In this document: positions 9,902 through 19,389 of the stretch, piece after piece
How the letters are laid out: the number at the start of each line of letters is the position of its first letter
Numbering within the stretch: the first letter of the stretch is position 1
Source of the DNA: an uncultured Candidatus Saccharibacteria bacterium
GTDB lineage: Bacteria; Patescibacteriota; Minisyncoccia; Phycocordibacterales; UBA918
DNA: 64,000 nucleotides
Reading direction: 5' to 3'
Assembly: GCA_964593375.1 (NCBI GenBank)
Contig: CAZQIF010000001.1
Location: 6,405 to 70,404 of the forward strand
The notes under the pieces: model-generated
The model's input: only the letters and a program-made list of their open reading frames with translations
What the model was told of the DNA's origin: nothing
The model's database searches: none
Position numbers and translations under genes: made by a program

Positions 9902-10831
9902 ATGTTCACACAAATTTTCATATTTGCTGTTTCCTTGTTTATCGTGATTCAAAGCTCTGTACTTGCGACAAGATATGCAGCACGCATAGCTAATGGTTTT
10001 AATCTTTCGAAATACACCGTCGGATTTATTGTTATTGCAATTATTTCCATTCTACCTGAGACCTTTATTTCAGTGAATTCTGCACTTGAGGGTGTCCCAT
10101 CATTCGGGTTCGGTATGCTTCTTGGTTCAAACGTTGCGGATCTTACCATCGTATTTGCACTTATAGCATTTTTTGCACATAGACCGCTTAAAGTAGAAGG
10201 TCAAATTCTCAAAAGTCATGTTCTCTATCCCTTCATTCTGTTACTTCCAATCGTACTCGGACTGAATGGTGAACTGAACCGTCCTGAGGGTGCAGGACTC
10301 ATTCTTACGGGAATTATTTTTTACTATATGACGCTCAAGCGCGGTAACAAGGTATCGCATACACAAACGCATTCAAAAGGTCAAACAAAATCTATCCTCC
10401 TACTCCTCTTGAGTATGGCACTTCTCCTATTAGGGGCGCATTTTACGGTCACCTCTGCATCTTCACTTGCGATACTCATGGGAATTAGTCCTGTATTAAT
10501 TGGGATGCTCATTGTCGGGCTCGGTACGACGATGCCGGAGTTTTTCTTTTCACTTCGTGCTGTTCGTGCTCATGACGACTCGCTTGCGATTGGCGATATT
10601 CTTGGCACCGTTCTCGCTGACGCAACGATTGTGGTGGGTATCCTCACACTCATTCAACCGTTTACATTTCCAACAGAAATCATTTATGTTGCAGGTGTCT
10701 TCATGGTTGCTGCTGCATTTATTCTCTTTAGCTTTATGCGCTCAGGTAAAAACATATCAGGGAAGGAAGCATTTGCACTCCTTGTGCTTTGGATAGCATT
10801 TATCGCTGTAGAATGCATTGTTAATCTGTAA
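9902..10831 (+). CDS. cation:calcium antiporter family membrane protein (CaCA / YrbG-like Na+/Ca2+ exchanger)
   Basis: Two repeated alpha-repeat regions (..GFIVIAIISILPETFISVNSALEG.. and ..IVGLGTTMPEFFFSLRAVRAHDDSLAIGDILGTVLAD..) in a roughly 10-TM protein. Confidence 0.8.
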   Translation: MFTQIFIFAVSLFIVIQSSVLATRYAARIANGFNLSKYTVGFIVIAIISILPETFISVNSALEGVPSFGFGMLLGSNVADLTIVFALIAFFAHRPLKVEGQILKSHVLYPFILLLPIVLGLNGELNRPEGAGLILTGIIFYYMTLKRGNKVSHTQTHSKGQTKSILLLLLSMALLLLGAHFTVTSASSLAILMGISPVLIGMLIVGLGTTMPEFFFSLRAVRAHDDSLAIGDILGTVLADATIVVGILTLIQPFTFPTEIIYVAGVFMVAAAFILFSFMRSGKNISGKEAFALLVLWIAFIAVECIVNL

Positions 10832-10878
10832 TAAAGAAGTTCACAGAGTCATACATGTAGAAGAACAATGAATATTCT

Positions 10879-11343
10879 TTGGTGTATGATTATAAAATGT
10901 TTACTCTTGAATTTGTAGGATTGTTTTTGTTTATTGCAGGTTTTGTGATTGGTTTAGGTGCCGTTACAGTTATTGACCTCCACGGTTTTCTCGGTCGCCA
11001 CTCATCATATTGGACTCTCGCGACGACACGTACTCACAAAATCACTAAACCGCTCATTTGGATTGGTCTATTACTCTGTATTGTGGGAGGACTGATATTT
11101 TACCAGCACGAGCCTATAGAAAAAGTACTTCTTTTTCATGTGGCAACACTTCCTGTCATGATTCTAAATGGATTATTTCTTTCGTTCCGCATCAGCCCAC
11201 TTCTTCTGCAGAGAGAAAAGGAAGGAAAGGCTGATGTTATTCTTCATCAATCACTACAGGTTCAAATAACTGTTAGTTTTATTTTTTCATTTATCTGCTG
11301 GTGGGGGAATCTTCTCGCACTTGTGTTTTTCCTCACAAACTAG
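10879..11343 (+). CDS. hypothetical membrane protein (4 TM)
   Basis: Hydrophobic ORF with no recognisable family. Confidence 0.55.
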   Translation: MVYDYKMFTLEFVGLFLFIAGFVIGLGAVTVIDLHGFLGRHSSYWTLATTRTHKITKPLIWIGLLLCIVGGLIFYQHEPIEKVLLFHVATLPVMILNGLFLSFRISPLLLQREKEGKADVILHQSLQVQITVSFIFSFICWWGNLLALVFFLTN

Positions 11344-11357
11344 TATACCGATCACTT

Positions 11358-11600
11358 ATGTCGCATCCTTTTTCCAAAATGTTTGAGAAGGCACTCGCGA
11401 AGAGTTACGGTGATGAAAACTTTGTGCTTGCCGAGGCAGAAAAGCTTATGCAGAAAGGGTATAACGCTCATGAGATTTATACTGTGCTTGTAAAGCTGGA
11501 GAAATCACTTATCCAAGATGCTGATGTTGCAATACTCTCTGAAGCTGTTGAAGAATTTAGCCAGTATGTTGACCACCCAGATGAAGAAGTATTGATATAA
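11358..11600 (+). CDS. hypothetical small protein (80 aa)
   Basis: The ORF track begins at 11301 and overlaps the upstream gene. The first ATG that avoids the overlap is at 11358 (MSHPFSKMFEK...). Confidence 0.45.
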   Translation: MSHPFSKMFEKALAKSYGDENFVLAEAEKLMQKGYNAHEIYTVLVKLEKSLIQDADVAILSEAVEEFSQYVDHPDEEVLI

Positions 11601-11628
11601 TACTGAATCTGTGATATAATCTCAAACA

Positions 11629-12213
11629 ATGAATAACTTCAAAAAAGACGGCTTCCGAAAGGGAGGTGCAGGTTTTGGTGGTAAACCAAAATTCGGAGGT
11701 GGTAAGTTTGGCGGACCAGGACGTGGACATGATAGAGGACACGGTCGCGATGACCGAGGTGGAGAAAAAACTGAAATGTTTTCTGCAACTTGCTCAGCAT
11801 GTCATAAGGCATGTGAGGTTCCATTTCGTCCATCAGGCGACAAGCCAGTGTACTGTCGCGAGTGTTTTATAGAAAAGGGACCAAATGATAACCGTGTTGG
11901 AAAAAGCTTTGAGAAGCGCAGTGACTTTAGTCGAGAAGCTCGCCCACAGCGAGATTCACGACCTTCATATCGCGACGAAGCACCTGCGCATAAATCTTCT
12001 GGAAACGAAGAGCTTAAAAAGCAAATTGCAATACTTGAGACAAAACTAAATCGTGTCATTGAACTCTTGACGGTAGAAACGGTAAAGAAAGTTGAGGTTA
12101 TAACACTTCCAGATACTAGTGAAACTCCCAAGAAAGCAAAAAAAACTAAAATTGAAAAAGTAAAAGTTAAAAAAATAACTAAAAAGAAGGGAACAAAGAA
12201 AGTTAAAGAATAA
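11629..12213 (+). CDS. FmdB-type zinc-ribbon protein with a Gly/Arg-rich N-terminus and a Lys-rich C-terminal tail (putative nucleic-acid binding)
   Basis: CSACHKACEVPFRPSGDKPVYCRECF matches the CxxC-x17-CxxC FmdB-like ribbon. It is flanked by GGxGGKxKFGGG repeats and a KKxKKxK tail. A terminator follows. Confidence 0.7.
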   Translation: MNNFKKDGFRKGGAGFGGKPKFGGGKFGGPGRGHDRGHGRDDRGGEKTEMFSATCSACHKACEVPFRPSGDKPVYCRECFIEKGPNDNRVGKSFEKRSDFSREARPQRDSRPSYRDEAPAHKSSGNEELKKQIAILETKLNRVIELLTVETVKKVEVITLPDTSETPKKAKKTKIEKVKVKKITKKKGTKKVKE

Positions 12214-12223
12214 TGCTAAAGAA

Positions 12224-12258
12224 ATCCCCCGGAACGCTTCGCGTTCCGGGGGATTTTG
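12224..12258. terminator. bidirectional intrinsic terminator (CCCCCGGAACGC-ttc-GCGTTCCGGGGG) between convergent genes
   Basis: 12-bp perfect stem with T-runs on both strands. Confidence 0.75.
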
Positions 12259-13302
12259 TCATACAACAATCGAATTGTTCTCAAAAATAACTGTTCCATC
12301 TGCTGTGACCCTATCAATGACTGGAAAGAGGTCGACGTGGTAGCGAGTTTTGTCGATAACGATTCCAGCTTTCTTGTAGACGCTATGTTTTTCTCCCATT
12401 GAAACATGGAGTCCGAGAATACGTTCAAACGCAGTGATGTCTTTGAGATAGTGTTCTCGTGTAATCGCACGATTAAGTCCAAAACCAATTTCGCGAATGA
12501 GCGGTCGCTCATTTTGTTTTACGAGCGCGACAATTTCACCAAATGATTTTGGTGCATTATCAGCCCAGGAAACAACGATTCCATTTTCTATATCAATGCG
12601 AAATGGCTCATACATATTCATAAGAAAATCTTGTCCGGCAAATCCATAAATCATAAGTGAACCATTTACTTGTGATAAATCTTTTGCTTCAGTAAATACC
12701 TCACCAATAGGAAATGTTCCACCAATGTTGGTCATGCCGGTATAATCACCAATATTGAGTTTGGGTTCTTCGACACCATTTAGGATTGCTAGTGTCGTCC
12801 CGGGCCCTTCTAACTTGAGTGTTTCAGTATTAAGGAGAGCAGTTTTAAGTCTCTGTCCGACTCCACGAAACCAAGTAGGGTCATACGCGAGCGCATTAAT
12901 GTACGTAATCCATGAGTCTGGAGTATTGCGATACAAGTGGAGATGGTCGATTACTTTGAGTCCGTGCTGAAAGAGATGAATACGAATACGAAATTCATTC
13001 AGTCTGAAATCAGTACTTTGAATAAGCACCACAAGGTCTTTGGGCGCGAGCGCATCCATTTTTTTGATAATCTCCTCCTTGCTCGTGGTATTGAAATCAA
13101 TGAACTCTCCATCAGGTAGAGCAGTTCTGTATGCTTCTGTGAGAATGTTGGTCAGACCATTCTCAGTATCAAAGATAACGAGAGCTTTGTGGGGCGCTTT
13201 GTGCTCGAGGGCAATGGTCACGATATCACGAACATTCCGAGTTGCTATTTGAATAAGCTCATTACTATGTGTATCTGATATCGTTTCTGTTTGCGCTTGC
13301 AT
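12259..13302 (-). CDS. aminopeptidase-like protein (peptidase M29 / AmpS-AmpT family-like); family assignment tentative
   Basis: 347-aa ORF. The segments LKLEGPGTTLAI....GTFPIGEVFTEA resemble the ..HFQGPGTDLTV....PTEEVFTAP.. core of thermophilic M29 aminopeptidases. This is recalled from memory and not aligned. Confidence 0.55.
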   Translation of the reverse strand: MQAQTETISDTHSNELIQIATRNVRDIVTIALEHKAPHKALVIFDTENGLTNILTEAYRTALPDGEFIDFNTTSKEEIIKKMDALAPKDLVVLIQSTDFRLNEFRIRIHLFQHGLKVIDHLHLYRNTPDSWITYINALAYDPTWFRGVGQRLKTALLNTETLKLEGPGTTLAILNGVEEPKLNIGDYTGMTNIGGTFPIGEVFTEAKDLSQVNGSLMIYGFAGQDFLMNMYEPFRIDIENGIVVSWADNAPKSFGEIVALVKQNERPLIREIGFGLNRAITREHYLKDITAFERILGLHVSMGEKHSVYKKAGIVIDKTRYHVDLFPVIDRVTADGTVIFENNSIVV

Positions 13303-13308
13303 AGAATT

Positions 13309-13800
13309 TTATTTCTTACGATACAATCTATCGAGATACAACAGAGAAAAAGGTACAAGGATGCCAATGAGTGAACCCACCAAAATTTGAAATGGTGTGT
13401 GTACATGAATAGTTAATCGCGAAAGTGCCACAATAATTGCAGGAATGAATACGAGCGTCTGTAATCCTAGTACATACAGTTGTTTTATGTGTACATGTTC
13501 ATAGATAAACCAACTAAACATAAAAGCAAAGAACATACTGAGCGCTGCATGGTTGCTGGGAAACGCATATCCAGTAATAGGTACAAGAGCACCTTCTGGG
13601 CGCGGAACCGCAAATATAAATTTAAGGAGAAGACCCAAGGAAGCGGTAACAATTAATGAAATCATAAAAATGAGTGCATCACGTCTGAAATGCACGAAAA
13701 GGAGTGTGAGTACAACGCAAACAGAAAACACGCCAAACACTAGTTCAGGTGAGTAATAATGAATGGCGAGTGCAATATGTAACGGAACTAATGTGTCCAT
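13309..13800 (-). CDS. PAP2 superfamily phosphatase (phosphatidic acid phosphatase type 2 / undecaprenyl-diphosphatase-like)
   Basis: All three PAP2 motifs are present: KFIFAVPRPEG (KxxxxxxRP), FPSNHAA (PSGH) and SRLTIHVHTPFQ (SRxxxxxHxxxD). The protein is a 5-6-TM membrane protein. Confidence 0.85.
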   Translation of the reverse strand: MDTLVPLHIALAIHYYSPELVFGVFSVCVVLTLLFVHFRRDALIFMISLIVTASLGLLLKFIFAVPRPEGALVPITGYAFPSNHAALSMFFAFMFSWFIYEHVHIKQLYVLGLQTLVFIPAIIVALSRLTIHVHTPFQILVGSLIGILVPFSLLYLDRLYRKK

Positions 13801-13898
13801 AAGTACGAGTATAACAGTAGTTATGGGATTTCTTCATATGGGACTGTATACCAAAAAGCTCACATGAAGCGAGCTTTTATTGTAGTAATCAGAGTGAG

Positions 13899-14960
13899 CT
13901 AAAGCTTGAGTAGCTTACGCACATTGTCGAGCGCAACTACATAGAGACTTTCGGCCCATCCGAGTGGAATATTCTCATTTGAATCCTTGGTATGTGAGTA
14001 GTAGAGCTCAGGAATTTTTCCGTCAGCGTTAATGGTTCGTGAGGCTCGCTCAAGATATTGAAATGCCTTTTCAGCATTGCCCATTTCTGCATAAATAATT
14101 GAGAGCCATGCGAGTCCCATAGACCACTCTGCTTCCTCACTATAACCATCACGATTCTTATTGTAGTAACGGTCGTTGCGGTAGCGGATAACACCCATGT
14201 CGCGCGTAAGAAAGTATTCAACATTCGCAAGAATCAGATCTCGTTCCTCGTTTGTTACTACACGGAAAGGGTAGAGCAGTGAGAGAAGTGCCAAATCACA
14301 AAACTTTTGTTCAGATTCTCGTGGAAGAAGCATGCGAAGCGCCGATTCACCATTCTCTATCATGTTTTCTGGTACGGTTAGAAAAGGAATTTGTCGCGCA
14401 AGGCGGAGCGCAGCAACAACCGCACCGACTGATGATGCGTGAAGTTCATGATTTTCCTCCCAAATACCTGAATCAGGGTCATGCCAGTACTCAATATTGT
14501 AAAGGTAATCGATGAGTTTTTGTGCCATCTTGCGTTCCTCGTCGGTTTCAAGAATACTTTGTCCAGCAAGTTCAAGTTCACAAAATAAATGAAGTACTTC
14601 TGCAACTGCATCATTCTGTTTGTTACCCCATTCCTCCCAGTATTCATCAAATGTTTCAGGGTTGTAGCGGGCATGGATGTACTGCCATGTTTCTGAAGGC
14701 TTATTGTGAATTGCCCAGTCAATCTTATCGGTGTGTTTTAAAAGAATCTGAAGGAGTGCTCGTGCAAGCTTTTTTACTGTGTCCCATTCACCGGTCACCA
14801 TGAACCCAAGTGACATAAAATATGCATCGCGAAGCCATGCTTTGTTGTATCCGGTCGAAACGTTGTGTGCTGAGGCAGTAAAGAGGCCGGTTGGTGCTTG
14901 GAGGGCACGAACTTCGGCTAAGTGCTTTGCGATTTCACTTTTTAAATCAATATCTGACAT
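13899..14960 (-). CDS. glycoside hydrolase family 15 protein (glucoamylase/glucodextranase-like catalytic domain)
   Basis: WLRDA motif, (alpha/alpha)6 barrel signature regions (..GLFTASAHNVSTGYNKAWLRDAYF.., ..YWHDPDSGIWEE.., ..LGWAESLYVVAL..). Confidence 0.8.
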   Translation of the reverse strand: MSDIDLKSEIAKHLAEVRALQAPTGLFTASAHNVSTGYNKAWLRDAYFMSLGFMVTGEWDTVKKLARALLQILLKHTDKIDWAIHNKPSETWQYIHARYNPETFDEYWEEWGNKQNDAVAEVLHLFCELELAGQSILETDEERKMAQKLIDYLYNIEYWHDPDSGIWEENHELHASSVGAVVAALRLARQIPFLTVPENMIENGESALRMLLPRESEQKFCDLALLSLLYPFRVVTNEERDLILANVEYFLTRDMGVIRYRNDRYYNKNRDGYSEEAEWSMGLAWLSIIYAEMGNAEKAFQYLERASRTINADGKIPELYYSHTKDSNENIPLGWAESLYVVALDNVRKLLKL

Positions 14961-14964
14961 AGAA

Positions 14965-15177
14965 CTATGGTTGTTTCTTTTTGTTCAGTTCAAAACGTTG
15001 GCCTGCCTCTTTCCTGAGCGCAGCAAGCGAAGCATCGTTTTCATCAAGTAGTTTCGCAGCTTCTGGATAATGTGCAAGGATATCTGCATAAATTGCAGTT
15101 ACGCGCTCTTGAGATTCAAATAAATCAAGAAGTTTCGCGAGTGCTTTTTCTTTGTAATACTCATCCTTGGTAGCCAT
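14965..15177 (-). CDS. hypothetical small protein (70 aa)
   Basis: Compact ORF in the same orientation, between prmC and the GH15 gene. Protein-like composition. Confidence 0.4.
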   Translation of the reverse strand: MATKDEYYKEKALAKLLDLFESQERVTAIYADILAHYPEAAKLLDENDASLAALRKEAGQRFELNKKKQP

Positions 15178-15373
15178 TTCTGTGTGTAGTTAAATCCTCA
15201 CTAATGATTTTAATGTAGTCACCGTATGTACCCGGTGTATTGAAAACTTTTCGAATAGCATCACATAATTCCTTTTCAATAATTTTTTCGCCCGACTCAA
15301 GAGCAATTTCCTTTTTTTCGACATTTGCATCGGGGGTTTCGGATGAGTGAACAAAAAATTTATCTATACCCAT
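15161..15373 (-). CDS. hypothetical small protein (70 aa)
   Basis: Compact ORF in the same orientation that overlaps the next ORF by 17 bp. Confidence 0.4.
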   Translation of the reverse strand: MGIDKFFVHSSETPDANVEKKEIALESGEKIIEKELCDAIRKVFNTPGTYGDYIKIISEDLTTHRNGYQG

Positions 15374-15454
15374 ATAAAAAGTTTGATGAATAACGTCTGA
15401 CTATTTTACCGCAGTTACAAAATATAGACACCTTGCAACGTGCGTAATTCTATT

Positions 15455-16204
15455 TCACTTTCTGAGCACAACGTTTGGTGTCGCACTGTATGGGTCGGGC
15501 CAGAACTCAAGCTTTGACCATTTTGTTCCTTTGACCATTTCTTTGATATTTTCGTCTTGATCCATGTCTGCTTCCATGTACAGTGTTCCGCCATCATTAA
15601 GTTTGTCCCATGCGGTTTCGATAAGAAGCTTATGAAAAGCACTTCCGCCGTCATCTGCAAAGAACGCAAGGTGTGGCTCGTAGTTAATCATCTCAGGGTC
15701 GAGGTCAGGAAGTGCTTCGCGAGCAACATAGGGAGGCACTGCAAAGATTGCATCATACGTACCGGTAAGCCCATTAAGGGCACTTTCTGAAATAATTGTA
15801 TAACGTGAAGCTTCGATGTTGTTTTTAGCGCAAGATATTTGAATCTGCTCTTTGAGTTCTGGGTCAAGTTCAGAAAAATCGACAGTGGCATCAGGAAGGT
15901 GCTTAAGGAGCGCAATACCAACATTTCCGGAGCCTGCAAACGTGTCCGCAAGGCGAAGTGGCTTGTTTAGTGCTTTGAGTTCGGCTATTGCACGCTCTAC
16001 CCAAAAAGCTGTTTCATAGCGAGGAATCATAGGTTTTTTAGAGAGGTCAATGTGACAACCGAGAAACTCGGCGAAACCAAGAACATATTCAAAAGGTTCA
16101 CCATTTTCGAGTCTTATTACATCAGCAAAAAACTCAGGGGTATTATTACCATTATATTTCATCGAGAGAAGCTCAGCTTTTTGCTTTTCCTTAAATGTTT
16201 GCAT
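15455..16204 (-). CDS. prmC: peptide chain release factor N(5)-glutamine methyltransferase (HemK/PrmC family)
   Basis: SAM-binding motif (LADTFAGSGNVGIAL) and the catalytic (N/V)PPY motif (FAVPPYVA). Confidence 0.85.
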   Translation of the reverse strand: MQTFKEKQKAELLSMKYNGNNTPEFFADVIRLENGEPFEYVLGFAEFLGCHIDLSKKPMIPRYETAFWVERAIAELKALNKPLRLADTFAGSGNVGIALLKHLPDATVDFSELDPELKEQIQISCAKNNIEASRYTIISESALNGLTGTYDAIFAVPPYVAREALPDLDPEMINYEPHLAFFADDGGSAFHKLLIETAWDKLNDGGTLYMEADMDQDENIKEMVKGTKWSKLEFWPDPYSATPNVVLRK

Positions 16205-16245
16205 AAGACTCCACAGTATAGCGTATTTCGTGTACTCTAGTCTGT

Positions 16246-16626
16246 ATGACCGATACTGAATTTGAAGGCTTCGTGCAAGAGGGAATTAGAGAACTCCCAA
16301 AGTGGGTTCAGGAAAAACTCGTGAATGTTGTTTTCTTTGTGAAAGATGATTTGAGTACAAAACAACGAAAGGATGAGGAATTGGATGACGACGAAACGCT
16401 CTTTGGTCTCTACGAGGGCGTACCACTTTCTGTGCGTGGAAATAATCCACCAGAACTTCCTGATACCATTACCATTTTTAAAAAACCAATTTTAGAGCAT
16501 TACTCAAATACTGAAGAGGTGCGTCAGTGTGTAATTAATACCGTATGGCACGAGGTAGCACATTTCCTTGGCCACGATGAAGACTGGGTTGAAGCAGAGG
16601 AGCAAAAAAGAGGGATGATTCTCTAG
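16246..16626 (+). CDS. zincin-like metallopeptidase family protein (HExxH; PF06262-type)
   Basis: C-terminal WHEVAHFLGHDEDW with an acidic N-terminal region, typical of this small putative Zn-peptidase family. Confidence 0.75.
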   Translation: MTDTEFEGFVQEGIRELPKWVQEKLVNVVFFVKDDLSTKQRKDEELDDDETLFGLYEGVPLSVRGNNPPELPDTITIFKKPILEHYSNTEEVRQCVINTVWHEVAHFLGHDEDWVEAEEQKRGMIL

Positions 16627-16700
16627 TGGACAACATTGCTTTTCGCTGTTAGGGTAATTTCGGATTTAGGGTTCTTCACAACGAACAAAGGAGTATAGAA

Positions 16701-18242
16701 ATGGCCAAGATTCCATCAGCTGTTGCTGAATCGCATCTGTCACATCTTCTCGGGCGCTATTTGCACCGTTTCCACCAAGGCAAGGTTCGGGATTCATACC
16801 TGCTTCCGGATTACGACGACCTCATGCTCGTTGTTGCAACCAATCGCTGCAGTATTTTTGACTTTGTCCTCAACACCACCATTCCGCACAAAGGAGCAAT
16901 CCTCACGGCAATGAATGTGTTTGGAACGAAGTACATCGTCGGCGACCTTTGCCCAACCGACTTAGTTGCCTGTGGAAGCGACATTGTGCGGTATCTCCCA
17001 CGAGAACTTCGGGGAAATATCGAACTGCAAATGACAGGAACGGTTGCGCGGAAGTTCATACCGCCGACGGTTGAGGATGTGGTGCGTAACGCAATAACGG
17101 GAAGTGGCTACAAGAGTTACTGCAAGGATGGCACCATTTGTGGTCACCGTCTTCCACCTGGACTTCAGAATGGTAACTTACTTCCGTATCTGCTCTACAC
17201 ACCAACAACAAAAGCATCTGTTGGTCATGATGAGCCGATTACCGCTGATAGCGTAGGTCTGCAATTTGGACCAGCACGGGAGCGACTCAGTTTGCAACTC
17301 ACTGCGCTTGCCGTACGTCATGCACTTTCGCGCGGTCTCATTCTCGCTGATACAAAGGAAGAGCTCAGTTACTTCGTGAATAAGAACGAAGAGCGCGAGT
17401 GGGTACTCGTCGACGAACGTTTTACGCTTGACTCGTCGCGTATCTGGGACAAACGTGCGTGGGAAATGGCGCAACGCGAAGGAAAGTTGCCACCATCGTT
17501 CGATAAGCAGTATGTGCGTGGCTGGGGCGAAGACAATGGCATCAATGGGACGCTCAATCCCGAAGATGAAGAAGTTCTCGCTCGTGTTCACGCACAAGTT
17601 GTCCCCGATGATGTGGTTCTGGCCTCCACAAAGCTATTTCGCTACGGTTTCTGGCGGTGGACTGGTCAGAAGCTGGAGAATTTTCAGCGAATTGAAATGG
17701 GAATTGACGTTCATGTTCCAAGGCCGAGTGTGCATGTAATCGTGGGGAGCAATAGCGATTTCTTGCAAATTGAGCACGGCATCTCGCACTTTGAATCACA
17801 TGGAATTGAGCACAAGGTGCACGTCATCAGTTGCCACCGCAACCGCGACGAGTTGGCGAATTATGTTGCTGACATTGCACAGCACCAAGAAGGTCGTCCT
17901 GACCGCATCATCGCTGGGGCCGGTATGGCTGCAGCACTCCCTGGAGTGCTTAAAGCTGAGCTCTGCAACTTTGGCCTCAAGGAGATTCCGGTCATTGGTG
18001 TTGCATTTCAAGGAAAGTCTGACACAGACAATCTCGCTGCACAGCTGTCTATCGAGCGCCTTCCTGAAGAGCCTGTTGAGCTCGACAAGGCCGGCAATGC
18101 GTACTTTGGCTCTGAAGGGTTCATGAGAGCATGTGACTCAGCGATACACGATGAATTTCTCACTCGTGGATATACGCACAAACCAGCACAGTTCAACGCT
18201 GACATTCGTCCATATCTTGCTGAAAGGGGTGTTCTCTCCTAA
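16701..18242 (+). CDS. bifunctional SAICAR synthetase (PurC-like, N-terminal) / AIR carboxylase-N5-CAIR mutase (PurE-like, C-terminal) fusion protein
   Basis: N-terminal GKVRDSYLLPDYDDLMLVVATNRCSIFDFVL matches the SAICAR synthetase signature. C-terminal VHVIVGSNSDFLQIEHG...ISCHRNRDEL...IIAGAGMAAALPGVLKAELCNFGLKEIPVIGVAFQ matches PurE. The gene is markedly GC-richer than its neighbours. Confidence 0.85.
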   Translation: MAKIPSAVAESHLSHLLGRYLHRFHQGKVRDSYLLPDYDDLMLVVATNRCSIFDFVLNTTIPHKGAILTAMNVFGTKYIVGDLCPTDLVACGSDIVRYLPRELRGNIELQMTGTVARKFIPPTVEDVVRNAITGSGYKSYCKDGTICGHRLPPGLQNGNLLPYLLYTPTTKASVGHDEPITADSVGLQFGPARERLSLQLTALAVRHALSRGLILADTKEELSYFVNKNEEREWVLVDERFTLDSSRIWDKRAWEMAQREGKLPPSFDKQYVRGWGEDNGINGTLNPEDEEVLARVHAQVVPDDVVLASTKLFRYGFWRWTGQKLENFQRIEMGIDVHVPRPSVHVIVGSNSDFLQIEHGISHFESHGIEHKVHVISCHRNRDELANYVADIAQHQEGRPDRIIAGAGMAAALPGVLKAELCNFGLKEIPVIGVAFQGKSDTDNLAAQLSIERLPEEPVELDKAGNAYFGSEGFMRACDSAIHDEFLTRGYTHKPAQFNADIRPYLAERGVLS

Positions 18243-18258
18243 GCAATGTTTGGTACAG

Positions 18259-18290
18259 GCCGCCCGGAAGTTTCGGGCGGTTTTCTTTTG
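18259..18290 (+). terminator. intrinsic terminator (CGCCCG-gaagttt-CGGGCG followed by a T-run)
   Basis: Seen in the sequence. Confidence 0.7.
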
Positions 18291-18297
18291 CGTAGAA

Positions 18298-18333
18298 TAA
18301 TCCCCCGCGAAGGCAAAGCCTTCGTGGGGGATT
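18298..18333 (-). terminator. intrinsic terminator for minus gene 18351..18986 (CCCCCGCGAAGG-caaag-CCTTCGTGGGGG)
   Basis: 12-bp stem with one GU-type pair, followed by a T-run on the minus strand. Confidence 0.6.
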
Positions 18334-18350
18334 ATATTCAGAGCGAGTAG

Positions 18351-18986
18351 CTAGTTCCTTGCAGTTCCAATCGTGACGGCAGTTTCACCATCAGTTGAAC
18401 CAATGCTAATGATGACACTATCTTCACCTTGTGTAGCAGAAACCATTCCGCCATCGGTGGTTACCATTGTCGCTTCTATCGTCCAGCCTTTATCTGCTAA
18501 TTCTGATTTATAAAATTCAGTTACCTCACTCATTGAATCACGTGTGGTAAACGCAACAGTTTGACCAGATCCATCTGCACTTCCTCCACTTTGTGCATAC
18601 GAAATTTTTGCGTCATTAGGAAGAGGGATTGAACTTGGCCAATTATCAGGAAGTTTTATATTTTCACCAGTGCTGATATTGATTTGTTCTCCATCGTCAC
18701 CCTTAATTTGCATGGTGCCTTGACCGTCATCATTTGTATTCATTTCATAACCATCACCCTTTACCTTAACACTCCCATCGCGGTCAATGTCGACATCGTA
18801 TTGACCTCCGGTTGCTCGCTCAAGCATTTTCTCAGATAGTCGTTCGGGGTTAAAAAACATCGACTGAATAGCTCCAAGAGCAACGAGCACAACAATACCA
18901 ATGATAATCCACTTAGTAGTTTGTGATTTCGCCGGTGTGGCAGTTGTTGCTACTGGCTCAGGTGTTTGATTTTGTGTTTCTTCCAT
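18351..18986 (-). CDS. hypothetical membrane-anchored protein (N-terminal TM, Gly/Asp/Thr-rich extracytoplasmic domain)
   Basis: 211-aa ORF bracketed by terminators. Confidence 0.7.
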   Translation of the reverse strand: MEETQNQTPEPVATTATPAKSQTTKWIIIGIVVLVALGAIQSMFFNPERLSEKMLERATGGQYDVDIDRDGSVKVKGDGYEMNTNDDGQGTMQIKGDDGEQINISTGENIKLPDNWPSSIPLPNDAKISYAQSGGSADGSGQTVAFTTRDSMSEVTEFYKSELADKGWTIEATMVTTDGGMVSATQGEDSVIISIGSTDGETAVTIGTARN

Positions 18987-19067
18987 ATATAAAAATTTAG
19001 AATAAGTAACGTCGTAGTGTTAATTGTAATGTACTCTGGGGGAATTACAACGACTCTACACAAATGA

Positions 19068-19095
19068 AAAGCCGCCAGAAATTCGGCGGCTTTGG
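19068..19095 (-). terminator. hairpin (GCCGCC-agaaattc-GGCGGC) downstream of minus ORF 19114..19326
   Basis: Seen in the sequence. Confidence 0.45.
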
Positions 19096-19113
19096 TGTTA
19101 AACATATACAGCC

Positions 19114-19326
19114 TTAGCGCTGCTGATTGTTCACGAGAACTTGCTGACCTTGTTGTTGCTTGACGTTTGTGGTCGACGAAACTGAAACGCGAGGGATCCA
19201 ACCATCAATCCCACAAACCTTGCAAAATACTCTGAAGAATTCAGCTTTGCGAGCATTCCCGCAAGGACATGGTACTTGGGTCAATTTTTTCTCCTTATTG
19301 TTGTAAGAACTAAAAACGCCACGCAC
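19114..19326 (-). CDS. hypothetical small Cys-containing protein (70 aa; CPCG...CKVCG)
   Basis: ORF followed by a hairpin. It lies in a GC-rich region where several frames are open. Confidence 0.3.
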   Translation of the reverse strand: MRGVFSSYNNKEKKLTQVPCPCGNARKAEFFRVFCKVCGIDGWIPRVSVSSTTNVKQQQGQQVLVNNQQR

Positions 19327-19389
19327 TCGCGTGACTGTGATAGTCTCGCACTAAATCAGTGGTTTGTCAAACTCTTCCCGTACTATTAT

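Noticed and set aside
16723-18205. Many overlapping 60-140-aa ORFs on both strands inside the PurC-PurE gene
   Set aside because: They are a by-product of the elevated GC content. The 513-aa frame carries the conserved domain signatures.
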